Assembly (NCBI GenBank): GCA_013239625.1
Contig: MU054391.1
Span: 2,199,130 to 2,263,129, forward strand
Direction: 5' to 3'
DNA length: 64,000 nucleotides
From: Lama guanicoe
Lineage: Eukaryota
Under the pieces are notes generated by a model. The model ran no database searches. It was not told where the DNA came from and worked only from the letters and a program-made list of their open reading frames with translations. Below are positions 38,166 through 49,960 of the stretch, in pieces. Each line of letters starts with the position of its first letter. The stretch's first letter is position 1. Made by a program: the position numbers and the translations under genes.

Positions 38166-38275
38166 TTTTTTCTTTCTTCCCTCCCTTCTTCCCTCCCTCT
38201 GTTCCTCCTTCTTCCTTCCTCTTTCCCTCCCTCCCTCTTTCTCTCTTCCTTTCTCTGTTTGCTTCCTTCTTTATT
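38166..38275. repeat. Polypyrimidine (CCTT/CT)n low-complexity tract
   Basis: About 110 bp of almost pure C/T. Confidence 0.9.
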
Positions 38276-39149
38276 ATTTTAAATTACACATTGAGCACCA
38301 CCAGAGTTCATCCTTGCATGCAACTGAGTTACTTTCTTTATGGATAAAGATTTCTAAATTTGAGTCTCAGTTTCCAAAGCACCCTGTCTCCATAAATGCT
38401 CAGGAATCCTCCACGTGAGTTGCTGGCTGGGATTTCAAGCTCAGCCTAACTGAAGGTCAGTATCCAGCTCACACCGCCCTTCCGCATCACCTCCTCTGCA
38501 GCGTGAGGACGGACGACCCAGCGGGCAGTTACACCTCCTTCCATCTCCCGGGGACGGATTTCCTTTGGCTGGAGTCTCCAGGCTGATCTTCGACGCCTGG
38601 CCTCCTGTTGCTGCAGTACACGCAGCCCGTTGCCGCGGCTGCCTATGCCATGTTCCTTTTATAATTTCACTCTCTCACTTGAAATGCCAAGTTGTTTCAG
38701 ATTTAAATTGCTTTTTTCAAAAAGTATTACTGGCTTCCAGACTTTAGTCTGTCTCCTTCAAATAATTACCTAGACTGCTTCAAATTTAAGCTTTCCAAAA
38801 CCTGACACCGAGCGTGTCTCTTCTGTGTGCCCGTCTCCCTCTGCCTCCCAGCAGCCAGCTGATGGAAGAATTATTCAAGCTGATGCTCAGTTCTAGTTTG
38901 TAGCCCTGCCCCAACTCAAAGCCAGCCGTAACCACGAAGTCCCCCTTTTCTTTTTTCCTGATTCCCTTTTAAAAACTCCCTTAACACTATTTACGGTCAT
39001 CTTCCAGTGCCAGAAACCCAACCGAAATAAACCCAAACAAGGAAGCCCAGTGTTTGTCCCACATCACTGGGGAACACGGGGAGACACCTGCTTCAGACCC
39101 GCTGGAGCCGTGAGCTCAAGGTTTTCCTCCTCCGTCGCCCACCTCTGCT

Positions 39150-39935
39150 CCTTGATACGTTTTGCTCATTCCTTCTTACCGCGTTCCGTTCTTTGCAGGC
39201 AGCCGGGAAGCACTGCTTCAAGCGACACTCCCCGGCGCTGCCTGGGAAGCCCGGCCACGCAGGGCCTGGGGGCGGCCGCTGCCCCTGGCCTCTCCCGGGG
39301 ACCAGCGGCCGCGTCTCAGGAAAGACAGGCCACTCGCGTGCTGAGCGTGAGAGGAAGCTACGGGACAAAACCCTCAACACACAGGGAAGTAGGTTCGTCA
39401 GGTTTCTCCGGAGAAACAGAACCAACAGGATGCGCAAGCGGCTGCGAGCCCAAAACGTGCCGGGCGGGTCGGCGGCTGGAGACGCGGAGCTGTCGGTGCG
39501 GCGGGGCCGCGAGGGCAGCGCGCAGGCGCAAACGCGAGGGCAGCGCGCAGGCGCAGGCGCAGGCGCAGGCGCCCCGCACGTTCCCCGGGGCCTGCCTGGG
39601 GGCCGCTGCCCGTCCCTGAGAGGCTTTCTTTCCCTCCCCACCAGATCAGAAATGGGTTCAAAGAGCGATGCGGTGGCGTCTTTGTCCACCGCGGACAAAG
39701 GAGAAAATGGGGCTGAGCTGAGGCTGCGACCACCAGCGCAGCCCCGTCCCCTCTGCGGGGGTCCCTGGCGGGGCCGCGCGGCCGGGCGGGCGCGGCGGGA
39801 AGGCGCGGGGCCCAGAAGGGCGGCGCTGACCTCAGGCTCCCTCCTGAGCTGGGAAGCGCGGACAGCCTGCGGAGGGCGGCGGCGCCCCTCAGAGACGCAG
39901 CGGGATGAGCCGGACATTCTCTGCCGTGACGGCCT
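39150..39935. promoter_or_regulatory. CpG island with (GCGCAG)n array and GC boxes
   Basis: Very high CpG density; (GCGCAG)n at 39545-39572; GGGCGGG motifs near 39783-39790. Confidence 0.75.
39389..39500 (-). mobile_element. MLT2 (ERVL) LTR fragment inside the CpG island
   Basis: GTCAGGTTTCTCCGGAGAAACAGAACCAACAGGA matches the MLT2 terminus GTCAGGGTTCTCCAGAGAAACAGAACCAATAGGA as recalled; downstream GGCGGCTGGAGAC also fits. Confidence 0.75.
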
Positions 39936-41289
39936 TCTGCAGCAGCTCCTTCAGTGTTGACCAGGCTGCCCGAACTGAGCCCTCAAAGCCCCAGTCCTGC
40001 TCTGGCGGCCCTAACCGTGCAGATCTGACCGGAACCCCAGCCTCTGGTTGTGGCTCTTGCGGGTGTTTGAGCTCCTTCTGCAGGGACTGACCGAACACAT
40101 GGCATTTAGCAGACCTGCTGTGCGCTGTGCGTTCAAGCTCCGTGACAGCCAGGAGAGCAGAGTTTCAAGGGGACAATAAGGGACAAATCCAAATAATTAT
40201 GACAAAATATCTTTTGTCATATATGAGATTCCATCCCCAGAATATTATGCAAGAACGACTGGCTTTTTCGAGAAACGTGTCCTATATGCTAAGTGTGTTT
40301 CAGGTATTGTGCGAGGTATGGATTCCTTGAGACCATGTTGTGTATTCTGTAAGTGGTCACTGTGGAGACATGTTTACTTAGGGTGACAGTCACAGGTATT
40401 TAGTGACATCGCTACGGGCCAGCACCTGTGTCCTGTTTATGTATGTGAGTGTGTGTGTCTGTGTGCCTGAATATTGAAGCTAAGCACAGATAAATCACTA
40501 GTAATCGCAGTAATAAAGACATATATGTAGTTTTTCTGGAACTCGTCTGCCTGCTTTTTTAGTTCTCCAAGTCAGGTTTCATGAGTTCCTGCTCACATTC
40601 TTTTATTCATTTACTCATTCAATTATCTTGATTGCAGAGATGGAAGACACTTGGTTCAGTTCATGCAGAGTGGCAGCGGAACCCGGACGAGAGAGGTTAA
40701 GTGATACTCATACTTGTCTGTCTGCTCTTTGGCCAAAAACTTCCCTCTGTTGCTTTTAACAACCCCGTGCCAGCATTTTCATCTGATGTTTGCAGTATCT
40801 GGCATGCAGGAGTGTGCTCACATACTGTACACCAGATGAGGGGCCTAGAGCAGGTACGCGGTTAGTGATGAGTGGAAATTCACATGCCCAGAAAGTAACG
40901 GGCCTGAGATCTGTGATCTTTTAAATCCAAGACCAGTTCCCTTTTCATAAACCTGTAACCAGCCAGTCAATTTTGCTGAAAGGCAAAACACAGATGCCAA
41001 ATATTGTAGCAATTTTACTTAAGGTTTTTTTTCAGTCTTCCAAGGAGAATAATTTCTTTCTACTCGCATTCTGCTTACTGCTGACTGTGAATTTATGTGA
41101 TGAAGGTTCAAAGGTATTTTGATTGTAGTTTTTGTCTTATTGAATGAGTTGAACAAACACACACACACACGCACACTCAGGACAGAATCAGTCCGCATTT
41201 CCTAGCTTTATCAGACTGCAAAGCCAGCATCAGAATAGCACATGGCACTTTCCTCTGTTCAGTTACAACCCAGATGATTATTTTTTACA

Positions 41290-41620
41290 TAAATAGAACT
41301 GCAGTTAGACGGCCGGCAGATCAAAGGCAGGCCTGCATTAGGAAGCAGCCAGGCTGCGGAGGCTGGCTGGCTTCTGACAGCTTTCAGCTGCTTTGATCAG
41401 ACACCTATCAGCACAGGCAGGCACCTTTTTTTGCCTTTTGTCTGAGTCAGGAAATGAGAGAGATGATAGCTGCCTTTTGGTCCTAATCCTAACCACCCTG
41501 CTTGACAGGAGATGAAAGGTACACCAATTACTACTGGTAATGGCTGACTACAGTGTGCATTCATTATCCCGGTTATCTTTACAAATTACACGGTATTCTC
41601 GGGTACCTGCGGAAAGGACA
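41290..41620. promoter_or_regulatory. Candidate developmental enhancer (TCF/LEF, MEIS/TGIF, E-box, AP-1/ETS)
   Basis: AGATCAAAGG 41318-41327, TGACAG 41375-41380, CAGCTG 41385-41390, CTTTGATC 41391-41398, TGAGTCAGGAAAT 41443-41455 in non-repeat sequence. Confidence 0.5.
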
Positions 41621-42144
41621 TGTTTAAAGCAAGAAAGAGACGAGCCCTCTGTCAAAGCGTCTTCAGCATGGCTTTAGCAAGAGGATGCAATCCCGCGCAG
41701 ATTCCCCGGGCTCCCTGGCGTTCGTCTTCCGTGACAGTATCTCGATGAGAATTGTGTGTGTGTGGAGCTATAAAATGAGCGAACACAGCGCTCTATGAGG
41801 TTGCATCTAAGATTAGGGCTCTCTCCACCAATGTTTTCTCAAGGACAATTTATGTTATTGCTTTAGGGCATCAGAGGATGACTCAGCGTGTGAATAATGC
41901 ATCCATTTAATAAACTAACTTTATGATCGACTGTGAAAACTATGCATCACCAGACGTATATTCCGCTTCCAGAGATGGGGGGGTTACAGTTGTGTGACGT
42001 CTGAAGTAACAACCATAAACACAGTAATATTTGCAGCTGCTTTTCCCATAGTAACATGTACGTGTGTGTGCAGGTGTGTGCATCTGTGTGAGGGTGGTGG
42101 GGATACGGACTTACATCTGGCTCGAAGACTTAGTCTCTGTCATG

Positions 42145-42310
42145 TTCACATGCTTTCACTTAATCTTCACAGCAATGCTGAGACATAGGTATTATTATAA
42201 AATCTCAAAATGAGACTAACTACGACTCAGAAAGTTATTGTAACTCCTTCAAGGTCAACTGCAAAACAGAAAGTCATGGCGTTCGGATTCCGTGTTTACC
42301 TGACGTCTCC
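42145..42310 (-). mobile_element. MIR SINE remnant
   Basis: TCACTTAATCTTCACAGCAATGCTGAGACATAGGTATTATTA...AAGGTCA. Confidence 0.7.
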
Positions 42311-42544
42311 TCATTTGGTGGGTTTGGGTATTATCATGACTTTATTTAGATATTTGTGCCTGCTCATGATCCATCTTCAGACTGAATACTTCTTTCAGTC
42401 TTCCAATCCAGCATTGTCTGCAGGGCCCAGATCACGTATCACCCACTTTGTGAATGCTGACATTATTATTCTGGTGAAGACTACACCCTCTGCCTTCTAA
42501 ATGTCCACGGCGTAACACATACTGTGACGTGTACTAGAGTTACC

Positions 42545-42685
42545 TCTGTGTGCGTCTGATATACACACAAGATGTGAGCTCCTTGAAGACACAGCCAAAT
42601 CTTATTCACCTCTGTATCCTCAGCTAGTGCAACACCTGACAAAAAGAACAGAGCAAATATTCAATAAATATTTAAATTCAACAGA
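42545..42685 (+). mobile_element. L2 3'-end remnant
   Basis: GATGTGAGCTCCTTGAAGAC...CTTATTCACCTCTGTATCCTCAGCTAGTGCAACACCTGAC...TTCAATAAATATTT. Confidence 0.75.
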
Positions 42686-42889
42686 ATCCAATTAACAGAA
42701 AAATTGTTGTTATCACTTCAAGGACTCTGTGGTGAGTTGTTCTTCACAATTTTTCCATCTACTTGAGTTTTTATTTCAGGAAACTATTTTTCCTTCCCAT
42801 AAGAAATAATAATCAAAAAGGAAATTTAATCTAATAACTTCCCATAATTAAAAAGAAATAGCATTTACTTTAAAATGTAGTGCCTTTGC

Positions 42890-45500
42890 TTTCATAATGG
42901 TGCAATAGTTTGTAAGAAACAAGCAAATAGGTAACAACTTTAAACTCTGGAAAAATATTAAAACACACAGAGACAAAACTACTTATAGGCACTAGAGATG
43001 TTTCAATAGCAAATAGAGTTCATGGGTGTTAATATTGAAAGAAAAGGACTAGTAAAGTTTTCTGCATCAGGGTAAAGGGAATTTTGAAATCAATGAGAAA
43101 AAGAACATTCAAAACTCACCACCATCACTCAGTGGAAATGTCAATGACACATCCTGAGTGCAGAGGCTAAAATTGGGAGGGTACTTTTAGGCTCCATTTA
43201 CTCGAGTGGATACATGGGAGGCTGGACAGTGTTGGAAGATTCTGGAACTCATGAATCATCAAAATGAACTGACCACAGTTTCTTTCCAAGGAAAAGCCTG
43301 GCCCTAGTAGAACAAGACTGATTCATCAGAGTCAGTTGGTACCAAGGGAAGGGAGGGTCCATTTAGGGGGAAAAAATAAACAAAGAATCAAACAAAGAAA
43401 CCAAGCCAGTTGATCTCTAATAGAAGGACACCATAATTTTTTTAATATTTCATGATTTTGATGATAACAAGAGAAAATAGAGTTTAGAGCCGTGAAACTA
43501 CAAATGTTGTTTGGCACCCACACCTTTTGAGAGCACAGGAAAATCAATCAAAATTAAAATTAAACTTGAGAAGAGAAATGGATTTTGGTCAAATCCTACA
43601 CAAAGTTATTATAAAATAAAGTTGAAAAAAATGAGCTAGCAAAATAATGTCTTCAGAGGAACTAAATCATGTCAGAAAGGCGTGTGGACAAAACAGATGA
43701 AACGTATAACCCAATATACCAAAATGAACTGAAGAAAATGGTAGAAGCCATGCAAATACGATATTTAGAACTTGCAAAACTCGAGTGATGGGACCAAGAA
43801 GATTTGCCATTAGAGAAGAATTATAAATAAAGGATTATAAATAAAATAACCATTTCAGAAATAAATATTACACACAGAGGAGGTCAAGACCATGTAAACA
43901 AGTAGGTGAACAGCATTGGCTATGCCTTGATAGACAAAAGATGTAAAGAAAAATATTTCAATGAAGAAAAACATTAAGAAAAACACTTTTTGAGAGAGAG
44001 AGATTTAGAAAAAGCCAGGAGAGATTTAATCTCTCTCTCTATCTATAGAAGTCAATGAGGAAGAAAATAAAAGCAATAATTCAAGAAATAACTCAATAAT
44101 TTAAGAAAACTTTCCTGAAATGAAAGACTTGAAAACATAAGATGAAAGAACCGAGAGACTGTCTGAGGAAAATCAGCCTACAATAGACAGAGCTAATTTT
44201 TAATTTATAATATTATTATATTTTAAATATATACCTGCATGACTAATTATTAATTCATAATATTATTTTATTAATTTTCTGAAAATCTTAAGCAAAAATA
44301 CCAAGTCACTTAAAAAGGCAGGGAATCAGACTGACATCTCAATTTTGGGCAGTAATGATGTGGGCCCTCAGACATTAGAGTACTATTATTAACATAATCA
44401 GGGAAAGAAAATATAAGCCAAACTGGCCTTCAAAAATAAAGATTACAGACAAGGTGGAAAACAAAACAAAACAAAAAGCATAAATCTAAGACCAGAAAAT
44501 ACAGATATGGTACAACTATCAAAACATGGTTGAATACAGAGAGTGTAGTGACACAGAAAATATATACAGCATTGATTACCCAATAAGAATTAATCGGGTG
44601 AAATATTATTTCTTCAATTTGGCTGTTAGAGGAAAAGGGGAGGAGAAAGTGAGAAGTTGTTACTGGACATTTGAAAAAATGATAATAGTAGAAAAGCAAT
44701 AGACAGTTCCAAGGGAAAGAGGCTACTGAAGGTATTACAGAAAGCTATTAGATCAAAAGAAATGTCAGGGAAAAAAATGCAACATTTACTAAATGTCAAA
44801 AATTATACATTTAAAAAAGAAATCAAATATAATTACAATAAAAGACTTTCAGGTTGCTAAAAAAGCAAATTGTAACCAAAGTCTTTTGAAAGGAATAAAC
44901 CCAAATAAAAGAGATCAAAAGACTAAATGTAAAATTTATGGGTGAGGATCGCATATACTAGTTAAGTAAGAAAAAGCAAAGCAGGAGCCATGACTTAGAT
45001 ACCTAGTACCATCAGATGTGACATCTCAGATCAAAAAAGCACTAGCAGAGATAAAAAAGGACACTCAAAGATGTTAAATGCAATCATGCAAAACACTTCT
45101 GTAACAATTATTAAAATTATGCACCAAATAAAACAGCCTTTATAAGGTTGAAGTTCAAGAGATGTGAGGAAGGGTAGAATCGTGCTATGACTAGCATTAA
45201 CAAATCTCTACCAATCTCAAGCAGATCAAGTGCTAAAATTAATGATAAAAAAGAAAATATCATACAATCATCATATATTGAACTCTGAACTCCAATACTA
45301 AAACATAATTTTTCCACAAATGTTCGTGAGACAATTAAAAAGTAGCTGTACCTTAGGCCACCAAGAAAACTCCAATAAACGGCAAATAATACAAGTCATG
45401 CAAACAGCATGCTCCACCCACAGTGCAAAACCACTGGAGCTCAGCAAGAATAACAAAAGCAGCAACGTATTTAAACCGTTAGGACAAGAGGGAAAACCAC
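42890..45500 (+). mobile_element. Very old L1M (ORF1 and endonuclease remnants)
   Basis: A-rich plus strand; AAGAAAACTTTCCTGAAATGAAAGAC and AATCAGACTGACATCTCAATTT (ORF1-like); TTAGGCCACCAAGAAAACTCCAATAAA (EN-like). Confidence 0.65.
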
Positions 45501-45539
45501 AGCAACATTAGAACGCTTCATTGGTGTGATGAAACTGAA

Positions 45540-45778
45540 TACCAAACATGATTATTTATGGAAGGAGTTATTACACTAGTTTTGTTAAACCAGACCACTG
45601 CCTGCTTGTAAATAAAGTTTTATTGGAACACAGCAACACCCATTTGTTCATGTACTACGAATAGCTGATTTTGTCTCACTGTGGCTGAGTTGAGTAATTG
45701 CAACATTGATCATGAGGCACATAAACCCTAAAGTATTTATCAACTTTACTTTTACAGAAAAATATTTGCTGAACCCTG
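45540..45778. mobile_element. MER58-family hAT-Charlie element
   Basis: TGTAAATAAAGTTTTATTGGAACACAGC...GAGTTGAGTAATTGCAACA...TTTACAGAAAAATATTTGCTGAACCCTG. Confidence 0.85.
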
Positions 45779-45904
45779 ATCTACTCAATACAGATAATGT
45801 AATAATAAGTTGAATGTTTAGAGTATTAAATGTGTATATAAATTTAAAAAAATAAAAGCAAATATATTTGAAATAAGAAAACTAAATAAACCCATGCAAA
45901 GGAA

Positions 45905-48900
45905 TTTTGTAGTTCCTTGGATTCCGGGGGAAAAAAAAGGGACCAGATTTACCCCACTACCTGAAACAACTAAAAATTTGCAAACTATGTGAAACTATAG
46001 TTTGTAGCCATTGTAGACCAGAGAAGGATCCCTGAGAGATGGAAAACAAAGCATGATGAGTTCTACAATAATCCCAAATCTGTCCCTGGAGAGGGGCCAG
46101 GTGTCATTGCAGGGAGGTGTTCCCTAATCAGGGCATCTTGGTCTTTCTGAGTTGAAGAGAGAGAGCTAGAGGTCAAAAAAGACCAAAGCTGTTAATTTAT
46201 AGGCAGAGGACTGGAGAGGAGAAGGCTACACAAAGAGTTCTAGGGATCTGAGAGGGTTCACTCCATGTATTCAGTTCAGTACTGATCAGAGCAGGAATGT
46301 GAGAGCGCTATCTGAGGTAATAAAAAATAATAATTATACTGCAACCACAGGAATTACAGCTCTTGGTGACTGCACAGTGCCTGTTCCCACCAGGCAGACT
46401 GGACAGCCTCCTAATGCACAGGGCATTGGGTGGTCTACACAGAAGCATCCTGCCTCACTAGTGATGAAGAATTATCTCTAGACGGAATGCTGAAGTGGTC
46501 CAACATAATGTAATAAAAAGTATAAAAAAGATTGAAATGAATCCCTGTTTAAAAGTAGCTATGTTTTATAACAAAGCTCAGAAGTACTTACAGGAGTACA
46601 AAACCATATAGCACACAATAGGGTAAAAGTCAGAGTGCATGGCATCTCATCACAGATACCAGGAATCCAACTGTGCAGAAAGTACAGCCTGTGTTGAAGA
46701 GAAAAATCAACCAATAAACACAGACTCGGAGACATTATAGATGAAGGAACTAGAGGTGAAGACATTTTAAAAGCTATTATAACTATATTTTTAAATTTGT
46801 ATAAAGAAGTAGAGGAAATACTGAGTATATTAGTTCGAAATGTGGAGGATTTATAAAAGATCCAAATTAAACTTATTGACTAAAAAAAAAAAAATGCCTG
46901 AGATAAGACACACTGAATGGATTAATATCAGATTAGACACTGCAAAAGAAAAGAGTAATGAATGTGAAGACATAGAAATAGGACATATCCAAAAAGAGAA
47001 AAAAGACTGAAAGGAAAGGCGCATGGAGTAAAAGGAGCTGCAGCTACACGACACAAAATAGATGCGTAATAAATGGAATAAATGGAGGAAGTAGCAAAAT
47101 ATGTTTAAAGTAATAATAGTTAAAAACTCTTCAAATAGGGTTCAAGCTGTAAACCCATAGTCTAAGACTCAACAAATCCCAAACACAAGAAATAAAAAGG
47201 AAACCATATCAGGACACTGCTTGTTCAAACTGCTTAACACCAGTGATAAAGAAAGGAACTGTACAAGCTTCTAGAAATAAAAGAGGTTCATCACATAAAA
47301 AACAAACAAAGAATGACAGCAGATTTTTTATTGGACACAATGCAATAGAGAGCTGGTTTGGTGAGAACAGAACTATGTTTTTTATAAAGTTCTTACACAG
47401 TACGGAACATTATGAAACAGTGAATAGAGGTTAACTCAGTTGAGTAAAATATGTCTTTAGCAATCTTAAAGCAACTAACAGGAGAAACAATCAATTGTCT
47501 GTAAGAAGCCAATAAAGTATAAATAAGTTATACATACACACATATAAGAAAACAAGCCACTAGCATGGGTAAAGTGATGTCATAAAAATTTTAATTAATC
47601 CAAAAGTAGAAAGAAAAATAAAGGGCAACAAAAGGTAAAAGGGATGGTGGGAAAAAGTAGAAAATAAATATAAGAGTAGTAGATGTGGACACCACACACA
47701 AGTAACCGTGTTAAGTGTAGATATTCTAAGCAACCTGTTTAAAAGGGAAAGGTTATCTGGTGTCTTTCGGAAAAAAGCAAGACTCAAGTAAATATTGCCT
47801 ATAGGAATCTCATAATAAATATAAAGGTTGAAATAAAATATAGGCTGAAATAAAAGGATGGAAGAAAAGATTTAAACTAATCTGGATCTAAATAAAGCTT
47901 GAGTTACTATATTAATCAAAATAGACTTTAGAACAAAAAACTCTTATTTGGGGTGGTCATTTCCTAAGGATAACAGGGTTATTTCACCAGGAAGACATAG
48001 TGTTATAAATTATTATGCATCTTATAACAAGATACAAAGTGCATGCATCCACATCCCTGTCTCATTAGTTGACAAAAGAATGAAATAGAAATTTGTTAAG
48101 GATATTGAAGATCTGAGCAGCATCATTAATCAAACTGACTTCCTAGACATCTATAGAACATCAAACCCAACCCAGAAGATACAATCTTTTCAAGTTTACA
48201 CAAAGATATATTACATTTTGGGTCATAAAACAAGTCTCAGTAAACCTAAATGGATTCAAATCATATGGATTTTATTTACTTGTTTAAATAAATAATAAAC
48301 AATAGAATTGTCAGAAATTGATGATAGAAAGATATCTGGAAAACTCCCAAATTTTCAGAAACTAAAAGCACATTTCCAAATAACATGCGGGCCAATGAAG
48401 CAATCAGAAAATGTTTTTAAAAAACTAAAAATAGAAACTCACGTATCAAAAACTGTCATAAGGGGCTAAATGCGTTTAATTAGAAATTTGTCACACTAAA
48501 GGACTTAATGACTTCAGCTTCCAACTTAAGAAATTGGAAAAAGAAGAGGAAATTAAACTCAAAATAAGCAGGAGATATAAAGAGTAAGTGCAAAAATCGG
48601 TGAAATTCAAAAGTAAAAGCAAGTGATGAAAACAATGAAACCAAATTTGTTTATTTTGCAAGTTTATTAATATGGATAAACTTTTAGCTAGCCTTGTAAG
48701 ACAAAAGCAGTATAAACCTAAGAGTCAATATCAGGAGTAAAAGAGGACGCACATAAGTTCTACAGATGTTAAAAGAGTAATAAATGAATATTATGAACAA
48801 GAACTTTATGCTAATAAATTTAATACCTTAGATAAAATGGAGTAATTCCTTGAAAGAAACAAACTACCAAAGCTTTCTCTAAAACAAAACAAAACACCAA

Positions 48901-49320
48901 AAAGAACAGATTAACTAAAGTGTCGGCATGCATTTAATCGTTAAAAATGTAGTTAAACATTTTCCACTAAAAAAATTTCAGACACGCATCCGGTGTCACT
49001 GATATTCAACCAAACATTCAGAAAAGACTACAGACTCTACCCTAACTATCACAGAAAATGGATAGGAAGGGATAATCTCATACTACTTACATAGATACAG
49101 CGTTCCCTCGACACTCAGACCAGATGGAGACGTCACAAAGGGGGCAGTGCGTCGCTCGGTGGTAAAGTGGACGCTTAGCGCGCATGAGGCTGGGGGTTCG
49201 ATCCCCAGCACTGCCATCAAAATAAACAAATAAACTTAATCACCTCCCCCTCAAAAGACATTACAAAGAAAAAAGAAAACAGTATCTTTTACAAACGTGG
49301 ATGCAAATATTCTTAACCTG
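45905..49320 (+). mobile_element. Old L1M (5' UTR, ORF1, 5' part of ORF2), decayed
   Basis: 48104-48169 translates IEDLSSIINQTDFLDIYRTSNP (L1 endonuclease DLNNTINQLDLIDIYRTLHP); about 48786-48875 gives EYYEQELYANKFNTLDKME*FLERNKLPKL. Confidence 0.85.
49141..49255 (+). mobile_element. tRNA-Ala-derived camelid SINE (Vic-1-like) nested in L1
   Basis: A-box-like TCGCTCGGTGG 49152-49162, B box GGTTCGATCCC 49195-49205, tail AAATAAACAAATAAACTTAATCACCTCCCCC, imperfect TSD AGACGTCACAAAG / AGACATTACAAAG. Confidence 0.85.
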
Positions 49321-49764
49321 ACTGGAAGAATGGTAGAATGATCAACAGTAAGATAGCCAACAACATGGCTCTTCCATTGTTACGTCTGTGTTCAGAGGCA
49401 CTACACAGGCATTGAAGTCGTGCTCCCGAAAGGTTATCGTTGAGTGCAAACGCTGCAGTGGAAAATTGTATATGCCCTATGACCTCAATGTAGGTGGTGA
49501 GAATAAAGCACTACACACAATAGTGTACGATTAGAAGTGATTTTTCTTTTCTATATTTTCAAAATTCTACAATGTCACTATATTATGCTATTATCAATAT
49601 TTATTTACTGAAAAACATATATTATATATGATATAATATTTATTTAAAAGTAATCCACGTGCATTTATTTAATAATTTATATTAAAAAAAGACAACTTAC
49701 TATTTGCCAAAGTCTAATTTTACAGGCAATTTTTACAGGACACTTACTAGTGTCAGTCTCTTTG

Positions 49765-49960
49765 CTCAGCACTTTATGTGCAATTTATTTTCTAATCCTC
49801 TCAGATATTTTATAGATAATACATTTGACACTATTTCACACGTAAGGAAACCAGAAGCAGAGCTTAAGTAACTCATCCAAAGTCACTCAACTTACAAGAC
49901 CCTACAGTTTGATACCTGCCGTTTAGAAACAGAGACCCCATGCTTCGCCATTATTTCATT
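49765..49960 (-). mobile_element. MIR SINE remnant
   Basis: TTTCACACGTAAGGAAACCAGAAGCAGAGCTTAAGTAACTCATCCAAAGTCAC. Confidence 0.7.

Noticed and set aside
39050..39960. 189-274-aa ORFs with AQAQ/GAGA/PAPA repeats
   Set aside because: Translations of the CpG island and (GCGCAG)n on both strands; include MLT2 sequence; no recognisable domain
49141..49216. Possible tRNA-Ala gene
   Set aside because: Degraded A box and stems, SINE-type tail, TSDs and insertion within L1 indicate a SINE
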